Shown here piece by piece: positions 45,800-57,500 of a stretch of DNA of 64,000 nucleotides (position 1 is the first letter of the stretch; every line of letters starts with the position of its first letter). Below the pieces are notes generated by a model that searched no databases, was not told the DNA's origin, and saw nothing but the letters and a program-made list of their open reading frames with translations. The position numbers and the translations under genes were made by a program. Source of the stretch: Cyanobacteria bacterium P01_C01_bin.70 (GTDB taxonomy: Bacteria; Cyanobacteriota; Cyanobacteriia; Phormidesmidales; Phormidesmidaceae); the NCBI GenBank assembly GCA_039026015.1, contig JBCCNE010000001.1, forward strand, positions 5,989-69,988, given 5' to 3'.

Positions 45800-48631
45800 C
45801 TACTCCAAAGCCCTGGGGGCAACACAAATCAAACGAAAACCAATGTTGACGTTGGATGCATGCGGAGCGCCGTTGCCGCGGTAGGCAGAACGGCAATCCC
45901 TCGGAGAGTGGTTCCAAGAACCACCGCGACGAATGCGAGACTGAATTTCGTCGGCCTCCTCATCAATCCAAGGGCCGCCGTCCGTCGGTGCACCTTCATA
46001 GCTGCTGTGAGAGTGATCTAAGCACCACTCCGATACATTACCGTGCATATCTGACAGACCAGAGGCATTCGTTACCCCAAACTGACCGACTGGGCTGGTT
46101 GCATCTATAGGCTCCCCCCCTGGCCCACCGTTGTAAGTTTTAAAGCAGTAATAATTTGCCAACTCTGATGACAGCGTCGTCCCAAAGTGAAAGGGGGTCG
46201 TCGTGTTAGCTCGGCAGGCATATTCCCACTCCGCCTCACTGGGCAATCGATATTCCCGCCCTGTATAGGCACTCAATCGGGCACAAAACTCCACCGCGTC
46301 AAACCACGACACCCTTTCTACGGGACGATAAGCTCCCTTGAATCGAGCCGGATCTGGCGCTAGCGCCCGCTGTCCCTGGGGCAGAGTCGCCACAAATGCC
46401 CATTGTCTCTGAGTTATGGGATATCGACCCATATAGAAACTTGGCACCTGCACTCGGTGCTGTGGCCCCTCGCGGCTCTGCCGTTTCGGCTCATCCGCTG
46501 GCGAGCCCATCACAAAATTGTCACCGGGTATCGCCACCATCTCCAGGGTGATTTCCTCACCCAACTGTTCCTCATACAGTTCCCCTTCCCGCAATTCCCG
46601 CATAATTTGCCACTCGCCGCTGCTCTCGTCTCGCGCAATGGTTGCAACCTCAAAGGAAAAAGTGGTCAGCGTTAGCGTAGATTCTGATGATGTATTAGCA
46701 ACATCAATGCTCAAAGCCTGCCGAAAATACTGGCGATATAGATTACAAAATGGAACTACACTACGACCACCTTGAACTTTAATCAGGCCCATCCCCTCTA
46801 ACTTGAAGGCTTCTGTCGCCCCAAGTTGGATCGGTGCATCTGCCTCGACGACCCGGCGAAACGCGGCGAGCAGTTCTGGATATTGTTCCAAGGTTAATAA
46901 ATGACGATGTAAGTGATCGCGATATCCCCCTCCATCAAGTAGTACTTGCCCAATAAAGTCGTATGGAGCATCTGACTGAGAAATCTCATACAGCGCAAGT
47001 TGCCACAGGTAAGGATGGCCACCAATTAAATCCGCCAATGGGGACAACCAAGTGGCCGGTAACTCTAATCGATAACGTTGAGCCAGAGTCAGCACTTCAG
47101 ATTGGTTAAACTCTCTTAGCTCAGTTTGAAGCCCAACATTAAAAGGTGACTGGTTGAGGTCTGAAGAGATGAAAGCTTCTGAGGAATGTGCCAGCACCAG
47201 CCGCAGTTTGCTAAAGGTGTTGTCTCGTTTTCCGCTCTCATGCCAAGCGCGCAATAATCCCAAAAAGTCAGCACCAATATGCGGTTGACCAATTACCTGA
47301 TCTAGCTCATCCAGACCTAGTGCAAAAGGTTTTCTTAACTGCGCTAGCAAATATTCCTCGAAGTAGCCGCTACAGTTCTCTTTAGGGCCAAATAGACTAT
47401 CCCAATATTCGTCAATTCTGTTGAGCAGCCCCAGTTGCCGTCCAACTCTTACACAAAACCATTTGAGTAGTTGATCTAAATCGTTGAAAACTCCCTCATC
47501 AGCCCGCTGAAAGTCAACAAGTACACTGACACAGCCGATTTCTTCAGCATGGTTAAGAACCTTAGCCATCAGGGAAGTTTTGCCCATTTGGCGAGGACCT
47601 TTGATGCGAATTAGACAACTGGTTTTTTCAATAGCCTTAAGGCAATTTCTCTCTATTGGGGGCCGCTCAATATAAACGGGAGAGTCAAGATGAAGTGCCC
47701 CCCCGATAACATAATTCATCTCTGTTTCAAGATTTTCGCTGGGGTCTGTAGTCTCTATCTCAAACTCCAAAGTGGCGACTTGAACTGTGAAATTTTCTAA
47801 CGGAGGGAAGTCATCGGCAGCGTCGTTTTCCTCAAATCGCCCTGTTTCAAACGTAAGTGTCTTCATAGGCGGAAACCCTTCAAGCCGTCCTTCTTGGATT
47901 GTCGAAGGCAATTCAATCGGCAGGGTGCTGGTTGTGAAAGTGTAGTCTCCTACCCGATACGATCTCACCACGTCCTCCGTGCTCAGGTCCTCCGGCTGCC
48001 GCAACAACCGTTGCACCAGTGCTGCCCACTCCACCAGTTCCGGTGTGGCTTCCAGTTGCGGCGATAGCTCCTGGGTCAGCCGCGTCAGATAGGCCAGCTC
48101 CGCCCGAATGCTGTGAGTCGATTTCCCCTCCGCTTCAGCTGCTTCCAATTGCTTCAGCCGTTCGGCAATTTCCTGTGCAACCTGCTGGCACGACTCATCC
48201 CCTAGATAGGTCATGGCTGCCAGGCGCTGGGCATCCAGCTCCCGCTGTCGGCGGTGAGGGTTGATGCGGCTGAGATAGCTCACATAGGTGATCAGCATCT
48301 GGGCGACCTCGACCTGGCGCTGCTGCCAATGGGAGTCCCCTTTCATTTGGGCCAGCAGATAGGCTCTCACCTGGGTATCCAGGGTGTACAGCTCATAGCC
48401 TACCTGACTACACAGATCCGATAGCAGCAGATCCACCTCTGCCTCCCAGGGCACATTGGCCTCCCGCAAAAACTGCGTCCGCAGATAATGCACCAGCTCC
48501 GGAGTCAGCACTAGGGGCAACGCAGCGTAATAAGCCAGCTCCCGATAGCCGTCATGGCCAAAGCGCGTCACAAAGGCGTCAACCTTGGCGGCTTCGGCTT
48601 GCCAATTCTCGATCGCAGCAGGCTCGGTCAT
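45800..48631 (-). CDS. Mirror copy: AAA_35 + FGE-sulfatase protein
   Basis: Identical to 19164-21995. Confidence 0.88.
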   Translation of the reverse strand: MTEPAAIENWQAEAAKVDAFVTRFGHDGYRELAYYAALPLVLTPELVHYLRTQFLREANVPWEAEVDLLLSDLCSQVGYELYTLDTQVRAYLLAQMKGDSHWQQRQVEVAQMLITYVSYLSRINPHRRQRELDAQRLAAMTYLGDESCQQVAQEIAERLKQLEAAEAEGKSTHSIRAELAYLTRLTQELSPQLEATPELVEWAALVQRLLRQPEDLSTEDVVRSYRVGDYTFTTSTLPIELPSTIQEGRLEGFPPMKTLTFETGRFEENDAADDFPPLENFTVQVATLEFEIETTDPSENLETEMNYVIGGALHLDSPVYIERPPIERNCLKAIEKTSCLIRIKGPRQMGKTSLMAKVLNHAEEIGCVSVLVDFQRADEGVFNDLDQLLKWFCVRVGRQLGLLNRIDEYWDSLFGPKENCSGYFEEYLLAQLRKPFALGLDELDQVIGQPHIGADFLGLLRAWHESGKRDNTFSKLRLVLAHSSEAFISSDLNQSPFNVGLQTELREFNQSEVLTLAQRYRLELPATWLSPLADLIGGHPYLWQLALYEISQSDAPYDFIGQVLLDGGGYRDHLHRHLLTLEQYPELLAAFRRVVEADAPIQLGATEAFKLEGMGLIKVQGGRSVVPFCNLYRQYFRQALSIDVANTSSESTLTLTTFSFEVATIARDESSGEWQIMRELREGELYEEQLGEEITLEMVAIPGDNFVMGSPADEPKRQSREGPQHRVQVPSFYMGRYPITQRQWAFVATLPQGQRALAPDPARFKGAYRPVERVSWFDAVEFCARLSAYTGREYRLPSEAEWEYACRANTTTPFHFGTTLSSELANYYCFKTYNGGPGGEPIDATSPVGQFGVTNASGLSDMHGNVSEWCLDHSHSSYEGAPTDGGPWIDEEADEIQSRIRRGGSWNHSPRDCRSAYRGNGAPHASNVNIGFRLICVAPRALE

Positions 48632-49731
48632 GCGCCTCCCAAGTTGTTCTTCAAGGGTTGCCCTCGCACTACATCGATCGCATTGCTCAGACCTTCATTA
48701 TCCATCTGAAACATGGCGATAGACTGCTCAATTACTTCCGCCGAGCTGCCCTCCCAGCGGCTTTCGGGCATGGGGTTCAACCAGGCTAGCAGCGTCGTGT
48801 AACGCTTTAGCTGCTGCAAAAACCGAATGGTAACGCGCACCCGATCTTTCATGCGATAGCCACGGGCGGCTCCCCCATCGCTCACCACCAAGACGCTGGT
48901 GCTTTCATCACAGGGCGCTAGTGCCTCCGTAAGCATTACCGACCTGGTTAAGTACGGGTCACGAAACACGCTGCCAGCAGGCACGTTTTGAAAATAGAAG
49001 ACTTCAACATTTTCGGGGGCGAGGCTACTTTCTTGCTTCGCGGTCTCCACCAGATCCCGCGTGAAATGATGGAAGGGCGTCATCGAGCCGTTTTGGTCGA
49101 TGAGTAGTAAGAGTCGGGCCGCATTGCGCACTTTGGAACGGTAGACTGGTGCGAGATAAAAGCCCTGGCGAGTCGCCCGCTGCACCGTCGCGTCAATATC
49201 CAAAACGGTCTTAGGGCCATCAGCAACCGGTCGGCGCAGATAACGCCAGTTATACACCAGCGATCGCCGTGAGATCGGGTAGTACGCCTGCAGCGTTGCC
49301 ATCTCTTCCTCCGGCATAAACAGAGTCGGAGCTTGCACCGGCAGGGCTTTCAGCTCAGGCTCAGGACGGCGTTCTGATTGGGTGGCTGGTTGGGGAGGGA
49401 TCGGGGATTGCGATTGCGCAGGGGGCTCTACCTGCCGCTCTGTGCGGGACGATGAGACCTCTCGTCGTCCCGGAAACGGGGGCCTGCGCCGTCGCTGGGC
49501 TTGCACCTGAGCCAGCACCGATTGCCAAACCGAGTCAAACTGGCTGGAATCGATCACGGAGTAACACCACAGCAGCTTCAGCGTGTCTTGCAAAGTTGCC
49601 TCATTGGCCCCAAAATCAGCTTCTTCTGCGGCTGCACAGGCAGCCATATACTCGCTAATCCCCAGTTTGAGACTGCGGCGTAACTGCGTAAACAAGCGAA
49701 GCACCACCTCTTGGGCATCAAACTCAGTCAT
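48628..49731 (-). CDS. Mirror copy: vWA protein
   Basis: Identical to 18064-19167. Confidence 0.86.
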   Translation of the reverse strand: MTEFDAQEVVLRLFTQLRRSLKLGISEYMAACAAAEEADFGANEATLQDTLKLLWCYSVIDSSQFDSVWQSVLAQVQAQRRRRPPFPGRREVSSSRTERQVEPPAQSQSPIPPQPATQSERRPEPELKALPVQAPTLFMPEEEMATLQAYYPISRRSLVYNWRYLRRPVADGPKTVLDIDATVQRATRQGFYLAPVYRSKVRNAARLLLLIDQNGSMTPFHHFTRDLVETAKQESSLAPENVEVFYFQNVPAGSVFRDPYLTRSVMLTEALAPCDESTSVLVVSDGGAARGYRMKDRVRVTIRFLQQLKRYTTLLAWLNPMPESRWEGSSAEVIEQSIAMFQMDNEGLSNAIDVVRGQPLKNNLGGA

Positions 49732-50714
49732 AAGGCTTTCGCGGCGGTGCGCCAGTCATCTTGCCGCTTAAACAGCAGCTCTCGATAGGGCAGGGTGGCC
49801 TCTTGCTTGAGCTGCTCACTGCTGTAGGGCTCATCTTCAAAGGCATGCAGGGCCTTGAGCCAGTCTAAAAACTCGCTGGTGCCCGGCGGCTTAAACCACT
49901 TTCGCTCTTGGCGCTCATTCAAAAACTTCTTCGCTGCTGTTGTTTGTAAATCATCCGTTGGGGCCGCCTTCTCTTGGATTTCATAGTGGCGCTGGATGAT
50001 GTCCTTCAAGGTATCGGGTTGGTCGGGAAAGTCGAGATAGCGATACAGGCAGCGGCGCAGAAAGGGCGCGGGCAGATTTCCTTTCTCCTTGTTGCTGGTG
50101 ATGATAACGATGGGCTTGTGGTACTCATCCGCCTTGATGGTTTCTCCCGTTTCGCGAATGGTGAACTCCCAAGGCTCATCCAGTACCGTGAGCAAGTCAT
50201 TGGGAAAGTCGAGATCGGCCTTGTCGATTTCGTCAATCAAAACAACTGCGGGGCGATCGCGCATCCGAAACGCCTTACCCAGCGGCCCAAACGTACGATA
50301 GTGCTTAGCATTTCCCGGATCTCGCTGCTGGGGCGGCTGATCCAGATCCTCCGATTCCGGCTCTGGTTGCGTCGCTGGCCTCTCGGCTCCCGATAGCTTT
50401 TGCACTTCCACATCATGCAGTCGCAAAATCGCATCATATTCATACAGGCCATCTTGCGCCTTGGTGCTCGATCGCACATCCCAACGATAGAGCGGCAATC
50501 CCAACTCATAGGCCACGCTGTAGGCCAATCGCGTTTTGCCACATCCAGCATCGCCTTCTAGCAATAATGGTCGCCGCAGAAACAGCGCCAGGTTCACCGC
50601 CTTTTTCAACGGTTCCGTCACCACATAGGGTTCTGGATCTTGGGGGGCATCCTGATGAGCCGATTCTGGCTGACGGCGATCGCCATAAAATTTCAGACGC
50701 TCAGCTACAGTCAT
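49728..50714 (-). CDS. Mirror copy: MoxR AAA+ ATPase
   Basis: Identical to 17081-18067. Confidence 0.9.
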   Translation of the reverse strand: MTVAERLKFYGDRRQPESAHQDAPQDPEPYVVTEPLKKAVNLALFLRRPLLLEGDAGCGKTRLAYSVAYELGLPLYRWDVRSSTKAQDGLYEYDAILRLHDVEVQKLSGAERPATQPEPESEDLDQPPQQRDPGNAKHYRTFGPLGKAFRMRDRPAVVLIDEIDKADLDFPNDLLTVLDEPWEFTIRETGETIKADEYHKPIVIITSNKEKGNLPAPFLRRCLYRYLDFPDQPDTLKDIIQRHYEIQEKAAPTDDLQTTAAKKFLNERQERKWFKPPGTSEFLDWLKALHAFEDEPYSSEQLKQEATLPYRELLFKRQDDWRTAAKAL

Positions 50715-51721
50715 CGAAATAGCTCCTGGAGATTGGCACAAACGTTTTGCGGAGTTCCGTCGCTGTCACGATGGATTTTCCTGGCCCGACGTTTTAGGGC
50801 AGCATTATCTTCGCTTTTTAGGGTAGGAGATAGCGTCCGAAAGCGAACTAACCAGTCAAAAATGTCGGACTCCAACCAGTCTGGCAAGGGCAAATCCAGC
50901 ATTTTGTAGCAGTCATAGGCCGTTCCGTCACAAAAGTAGCTTGCTGGATAGTCAGGCAGTGTGCAGTCTAGGATTTCGCTATCAGCCACCAACGCCACAA
51001 TAAACTTGCTCTTGTATTTTTGCGAAACCGCTGAAACCTCATCAATCAGTGGTTTCCAGAACTCCTTAATAAACCACTCAAGAAAGTTCGCCTGTTCCAG
51101 CAAGTCATCCAGACTTTTAATTTCGAGAAAAACCGTCGTGCCCTCGTCGATCGAGGTGCAAATCGTCTCGCGAATCTGTTGCTGTAGGATCTTGAGGTCT
51201 TGAGACTCCTCCAGGTTAAAGTAGCTAGCCAAGCGAATCAAAAACTCGATTTCATCAAACCGCGAGATGGCGGAGTCCAAATCCACTGAGTAGCGGCGGT
51301 AGGCTCCCATTACTTGCCCATCCACAATCTGATCACCCAGCAGCACCTGTAGCACTTCCTCAATGCAAAAGTGACCCATTTGCTTCTTGGTCTTTTGCAA
51401 AAAGAACAGCACCGCCCCGCCTTCTTGGTTGAGCTGCTGGCGAATCAGGGCAGCGGTAGCTTTGGCTTTGTGGAAATCAAGCTTTTGAAGTGCCTTCTCA
51501 AAGCCGCGATCGCGGACGGCTGGAGTCTCAGACTCCGCATCACACTCAGCTAGTTTCTTCTCTAACTCATCAATCTTGCCAAGCAGTTCTTCTGCTTTTT
51601 TGTCTAGCTTGAGTCGTGCGAGCTCAGTTGCCGCTGTCTCTAAATCGACCTCAACCGCAGCGAGTTCCTCTTCTAGCTGCGCTAACTGCTTGGTATAAAA
51701 CTGCCGTCTGCGATCGCCCAC
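50711..51721 (-). CDS. Mirror copy: EAD9-like + iSTAND-like protein
   Basis: Identical to 16074-17084. Confidence 0.7.
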   Translation of the reverse strand: MGDRRRQFYTKQLAQLEEELAAVEVDLETAATELARLKLDKKAEELLGKIDELEKKLAECDAESETPAVRDRGFEKALQKLDFHKAKATAALIRQQLNQEGGAVLFFLQKTKKQMGHFCIEEVLQVLLGDQIVDGQVMGAYRRYSVDLDSAISRFDEIEFLIRLASYFNLEESQDLKILQQQIRETICTSIDEGTTVFLEIKSLDDLLEQANFLEWFIKEFWKPLIDEVSAVSQKYKSKFIVALVADSEILDCTLPDYPASYFCDGTAYDCYKMLDLPLPDWLESDIFDWLVRFRTLSPTLKSEDNAALKRRARKIHRDSDGTPQNVCANLQELFR

Positions 51722-51760
51722 AATGACTGATTAATCCGCTAACCCATCAAAATTTTATTT

Positions 51761-53575
51761 TTATCCGTGCAATTTGGCATTCAGGTTTTCTATTTTCTCT
51801 AACAGTCGTTCGGCATCCTTTTCCAGACGGAGGCGATCGCGCTCCGTAGCAGCCGTTGCCAAATCTGACTCCACAGCAGCAAGTTGTTCCTCTAGCTGAA
51901 CTATTTGTCGCTGATAGTAGCCTTGCCGCGTGCTGGATGCCGACTTGTTTTCCGGAGGCGTGGACACATCTGCTGATTTTTCTGAGACCGTTGGCTGCGA
52001 TGGCGTTGGACATGGAGTTTGCCCTGAAGATTGCCGCACCAGATTAAGGATGGCATGAAGGTGAGGTAGTCCTGGGCCAATGCCTTCGACCCATTGCAGC
52101 AACGCTGGTGTGCGATCGCCCTGAGCCGCTATGTTTGGCGGCAAAATACCTGGCGGTGGATTTAAAGCCATCACCAATTCCTCAAAAGTTGCCCTTGGCA
52201 ATTGATTGAGGGTCTGGATCAACGCTAGCCGCTCCAGAGTAGACAAAGGTACATTGAGACTGGTTGGGATCTCAGATGATTCACTGGCGGCATGTAAGGC
52301 TTCAGCCCCTGGTGACTGCGGCTCAGCTTTGGTAAACAACTGCCCAGCTGCATTTTCCAGCCAGCGCAAGTATAGTACTGGTCGATACCACTGATTGCCC
52401 TCGACATCCATCCAACTCCGCCCCTCACTCAACGCCGTCAGCGCTGACTCGCCCTGCCCCAAGACCCGATAAAACTGCTCCGCAAAGTCTCGGGCTTCTT
52501 TAACCCGCACACTGTACTGCATCGCTACCACTGCAGGCACCTGAGCATCAATTAACTGCTGAGCCGTGCCGTTAAAAACCGACTTCCCCGTTACCGCCAT
52601 CCCCGACTGACAGGCACTCAACACTGTCAGCGTAATGCCCTTATTGGCCACTAACCTGGCGAAATTTCGAGCGCTAACGAAATCGGCCTTGCCTTGATTG
52701 TCTTCAAAGGCCAGAAATCCCTGTGCTTCTGGCAGCGGGGCACTGCAACTCTGGCAGGCTGTCACTTTAGTATTGTTGTGTAAATGCCCACAAGCTTTGC
52801 AACGCTTACCAAAAATGCCATGACCATCAAAGTGAATCACTTGTGGTGGGTTAGCGGATTCCGTTAGATAGGTACTCAATCCGCGCCAGGTCGGCGTCGG
52901 CAATTGCTCCAGAGAAACTGATTCAGCCTGAGCGATACCAGCTCGAATAGCCTCAGGTTCCGCATCCGACAGTTGGCTTATATCGCTAGCCCGTGGCGAC
53001 ACTAGTAATACTCGGAGGCGATCGCCAAGTTCTTGCTTCGGTGGCACTGCATCGTAGGCAATGTAGCGAGATAGCTGTACCCGTCGATGTAGGAGAAATC
53101 GGGTGCCATCATGGATCAGTTCCCACGGATAGTCAGCCAGGCGCGATCGCTGGGCTGAATCTGCCGCAAACTTCAATCTGAGATGTAAGTCTACTCCAGC
53201 ACCTTCAGCCTGACGTAAAGCCGACTGAAACACTTGCCCAACTAGCTGATCGGGCGGCAATAGCGCTTGAAAAAGTTGCTGGCCAATCCTTTCCAAATAG
53301 TCGGGTGCAAAACTAGGATGCCCCGCTGACAAAATACCCGCCTGCTCCATCCACGCTTGTTCACCTGGCTTGGGAAAGTGCTCAGCCTTGAAACCGCGAG
53401 AGCTTTCCAGCGTTTTAATCACTGTTGTGCGCCAATCTTGTGCCCCCTCCCAAAAAGGCAAGCTCGGCTCCGACTCAGCGTCACTGCCTAACGTTGACTC
53501 AGTGACAATCGCCTTAAACCGCATGGCATCCAGCGGTGTCAGGTATAGCTCAAACAGATAGAGAGAACTGGACAT
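51761..53575 (-). CDS. Mirror copy: CHAT protease
   Basis: Identical to 14220-16034. Confidence 0.88.
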   Translation of the reverse strand: MSSSLYLFELYLTPLDAMRFKAIVTESTLGSDAESEPSLPFWEGAQDWRTTVIKTLESSRGFKAEHFPKPGEQAWMEQAGILSAGHPSFAPDYLERIGQQLFQALLPPDQLVGQVFQSALRQAEGAGVDLHLRLKFAADSAQRSRLADYPWELIHDGTRFLLHRRVQLSRYIAYDAVPPKQELGDRLRVLLVSPRASDISQLSDAEPEAIRAGIAQAESVSLEQLPTPTWRGLSTYLTESANPPQVIHFDGHGIFGKRCKACGHLHNNTKVTACQSCSAPLPEAQGFLAFEDNQGKADFVSARNFARLVANKGITLTVLSACQSGMAVTGKSVFNGTAQQLIDAQVPAVVAMQYSVRVKEARDFAEQFYRVLGQGESALTALSEGRSWMDVEGNQWYRPVLYLRWLENAAGQLFTKAEPQSPGAEALHAASESSEIPTSLNVPLSTLERLALIQTLNQLPRATFEELVMALNPPPGILPPNIAAQGDRTPALLQWVEGIGPGLPHLHAILNLVRQSSGQTPCPTPSQPTVSEKSADVSTPPENKSASSTRQGYYQRQIVQLEEQLAAVESDLATAATERDRLRLEKDAERLLEKIENLNAKLHG

Positions 53576-53579
53576 CGGG

Positions 53580-53954
53580 CTAGAAGCGATCGGCTAGATT
53601 GTCATCTTTGCCTTTGATCAAGGCATCCAAGCTCCCATCCACGGCAGGCATCACCTGCTCCCCTCGAACATCTTTGAACCACTCCACCAGTTGTTCTTTC
53701 TCGAAGAGCGGCGACAATGACACCTTTACCGTGTGAGTTTTCTCCTGGCTGAGAGTACCGCCCGCTTCCCCTCCCCCGATTGAGACCACATCAATTTTGA
53801 TACCCGCGTTGCCTTCCCGCTTGGCGGTCACTTGCAGCTCCAGTTCCACCGCATCCACGAAGAATACTGGAGGTTCACCATCCTTATCTGGAGGAGTCAA
53901 CAGTTCCTTCTTGACCTGGTTGATGAGTTCCGACAGCCCGATGGGTTGAGTCAT
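53580..53954 (-). CDS. Mirror copy: Trypco2 protein
   Basis: Identical to 13841-14215. Confidence 0.8.
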   Translation of the reverse strand: MTQPIGLSELINQVKKELLTPPDKDGEPPVFFVDAVELELQVTAKREGNAGIKIDVVSIGGGEAGGTLSQEKTHTVKVSLSPLFEKEQLVEWFKDVRGEQVMPAVDGSLDALIKGKDDNLADRF

Positions 53955-54110
53955 AGCAGCCGCAGTTGATTATTCCCGTTCCTAATTAAAGCGATATCTC
54001 AACGAGCCTGTCATCCCTTTAAGAAAAAAACCAAAAGCTCAACCACCGACTTGGCAAACTAGGTTGCAAAAGCAGCCTGCGAATCGGCGAAAGTTGTGGC
54101 GAGCTGCAGG

Positions 54111-54338
54111 CTAAGGCACATAGGGCAACACCAATAAAGTGTTGCCACGACGCCCCAAGACGGTGACTGTCGTCCCACGAGCAAGGGCATAGCGAGCATC
54201 GGGAATGCAGAGGCGGGCTGCCCAGCTCACACCCATGACTTTGACGCGACCGGGCAGATGACCGGCGATCGCTTGTTCGACTTCACCCTGCATGGTCTGT
54301 TCAAACAGCTCGGCTTGGGTCGTTTCGAGGATGTACAT
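54111..54338 (-). CDS. Mirror copy: NfeD-like protein
   Basis: Identical to 13457-13684. Confidence 0.83.
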   Translation of the reverse strand: MYILETTQAELFEQTMQGEVEQAIAGHLPGRVKVMGVSWAARLCIPDARYALARGTTVTVLGRRGNTLLVLPYVP

Positions 54339-54571
54339 AATTGACCTCAACGCAATGAGCTTAGTCTGAGTAAATCGACCACTGATCGCTAGGAAACTTC
54401 AGCAGATTGCCAGAAAGTTGCGAGGAACTTTGCCGCACCAGCCAAACTGTAATGATTCAGGGCATTTCAGTTGAAGGGCACATCCGAGAAAGATCGAATA
54501 CTATCGATGAAAGCAAGAAACTTTCCGTTAACTTTCCCCTTGCCTAAATTGTCATCTGCCCCCTTAAAGCC

Positions 54572-57500
54572 ATGAGTAAGCGTCAGCGTGGTGTTGTATT
54601 AACCGAGTATGGTTTGGGAAAATTGGAGGCCGCGATCGCTGCCGCGCAGGACGCTGAGAAATTTGGCAACCGCTTCACTCAAGCCGAAATAGAGGAACGA
54701 GTCGGCAGCAGTCGCAAAACCATCAAGAAGATTCGCGATCGCTCTGCCCCGGTCGATAAAGCTTCTGTCGAAGCCCTATTTAGCGCCTTTGGTCTAAAGT
54801 TGGAAACCGCTGACTTCGGACAGTTGGAACCGACAGCGCCACAACGCACTTCTACAACCAAAATTGATTGGGGTGAGAAACCAGATACTGCAATTTTCTT
54901 TGGTCGCAGCGAAGACTTGACGACGTTGAACCAGTGGATACAGGCGGAGCAGTGCCGAGTAGTGACGCTGCTGGGCATGGGTGGCATTGGCAAAACGTCC
55001 CTGGCGGCTAAGCTGGCCGATCAGATCTACGAGCAGTTTGATTATGTGATCTGGCGCAGTTTGCGAGAAGCGCCACCGCTGGATGAGATTCTAGTGCGGC
55101 TAATTCAGTTTCTCTCGGATCAGCAGGAGACGGAAATCAACCTGCCGAGTCGCTTAGGAGAGCGCATAATTCGTCTGCTGCACTATTTGCGGGAGCACCG
55201 CTGCTTGCTGGTGCTGGATAACTTGGAATCGATTTTGCAGGCGGAATCGACGGGGCAGTTTCGCGATGGGTATGAAGGCTATGGGGAACTGATTCACCGG
55301 ATTGGCGAGGCCGAGCATCAAAGTTGCCTGCTACTGACCAGTCGCGAATGTCCCCGTGAACTAGCTCCGATGGCAGGCGATCGCTTCCCTGTCCGCCTAT
55401 GGTCAGTAACGGGCATCGATACTGAAGCAGGACGGGAGATTCTGAAGACGAAGGGCTTGGAGTTAGACGAGGCGGATACCCAGGGTCAGGAACTGATTGA
55501 CCGCTACAGTGGCAATCCCCAGGCCCTGCACTTGGTGGCCACGGCGATTCAGCGAGAGTTTTTGGGGGATGTCGATGACTTTCTGGAAGAGGAAGGGGCA
55601 GCGGTTGAGGATGTGCGCAGCCTGCTCGATCAGCACCTGACTCGTCTGGCCCCGTTGGAGCGCTCGATCTTGTTTTGGCTGGCGATTAACCGTGAACCCG
55701 TTGGGCTAGATGAGTTGATGGAAGACCTGCTGCCACCGGTGACGAAGCGAGAAGTGCGGAGTGCATTGAGGGGGTTGAGCGATCGGTACTTGATAGAGAC
55801 GGTGGGCAAACAGTTCACTCTGCAAAACGTGATCATGGAATTTGCCACAGATCGCTTTGTCGAGCGAGTTAGTGAAGAGTTAAACACTCAAAAATTTGAC
55901 CTCTTCCATACGCATGCTCTCATCAAAGCTACGGCTAAGGACTATGTGCACAAAACCCAAATTCGCTTAGTTTTAAAACCAATATCAATATTTCTGGAGT
56001 CAAAGTTCCTGAATATGGAAGCTCTATTTGAGAGCTTAGTTTCTGTTATGACTGGAAATTTTAATTCATTTGCTAGACTAAGCTACTTGTCCGGGAACTG
56101 TCTAAACTTAGTCTCATGCGTTAAGAAAAAAATATCTGGAATTGATTTATCTAACAAGGCAATCCTTCAAGCTGATTTAAGTCGAATTAATCTACTTGAT
56201 GTGAATTTCAATAATTCCAAATTCATAAATTGTAAATTCATTCGGTTTTCAGAAGGTGTATCCGCCATTGAAGTGAATTGCGACGGCTCTGTAATAGCGA
56301 TCGGATATAAAAGCGGAAAAATTGATATATGGAGATCCTCTAATCTTGAAAAAAGTCTAAGCATTCCAGAAGAAAGTTCTGGTCCCATATTGTCGCTTTC
56401 TTTTAATTACTTAGGCAGTTTCCTCGCTAGCAGCAATCAATCCAGTCATGAAATCAAAATCTGGTGTGTGTCTACAGGGAAATGTTTAAAGGTCTTGTCA
56501 GGACACAGAGCCCAGGTACGAACCGTTTTGTTTAGCCCTAAATTCAATCAACTAGCAAGCTCTAGCGACGATAAAACAATTAGATTATGGAATATATCAA
56601 AAGGGAACCAGATAGCGACATTTAACAACTACAAGTGGACTACGGATTCTATTTCTTTTGATACAAGTGGCGACAGAATCATTGGAAGCAGTTGGGACAA
56701 ATCAGTAAGAGGCTGGAATATCGAATCTGGAGAATGTATTGCTGAATGGCAAAAGATCATAGGGATAAGAAGACAAAGTGCCTGGACAGTTTCCTTCGTT
56801 GACAATATTTTCGTGGCAAGCAGTGGCAGTGAAGATGGCAGTATAAAGATATGGGATATTTCGAATGGCAAATGTTGGAAGATTTTGAACGAAAATGTAG
56901 ATAGGATCTGGTCAGTTCATTTCAACCATTCTGGCCACGTTCTTGCCACCATAAAAGGCTCTAACCTTTCAATAGGATTATGGAGTACAAAGACCGCAAA
57001 ACTTATTGATTCTCTTAATGGTCATAACGCTCAAGTAAATCTACTCGCTTTTAGCTCAGACGATAGTACTTTAGTCAGTAGCAGTGTCGACCAAAATATT
57101 AAAGTTTGGGATCTGAAGTCTGGGGTATGTCGTAGCTCGCTCGAAACCTACATGAACATCACAAATGCGGTTGACATTAATTTCAGTAAAAACTTATTGA
57201 TAGCAGGTGGGACAGATCAGATTGTAAGAATTTGGGATATTGAATCAGGCAATTTCATTAAGAATATAGAAGGCCACAGCGGCAATATCACCTCTGTGGC
57301 TATGAGTTCAAATGAAAATACTTTAGCGAGTGCCGACAGTGGTGGAATAGTAAAAATTTGGCATCTCTCTACAGGAAGATGCTTATATACATTTGTCGGC
57401 CATTACAATAGCGTAAAATCAATTGCTTTTGGCCAAGACGAAGAGACTCTTTTTAGTGTTGGAAGCGATGGAATTGTAAATCACTGGAGCATAAAGACAG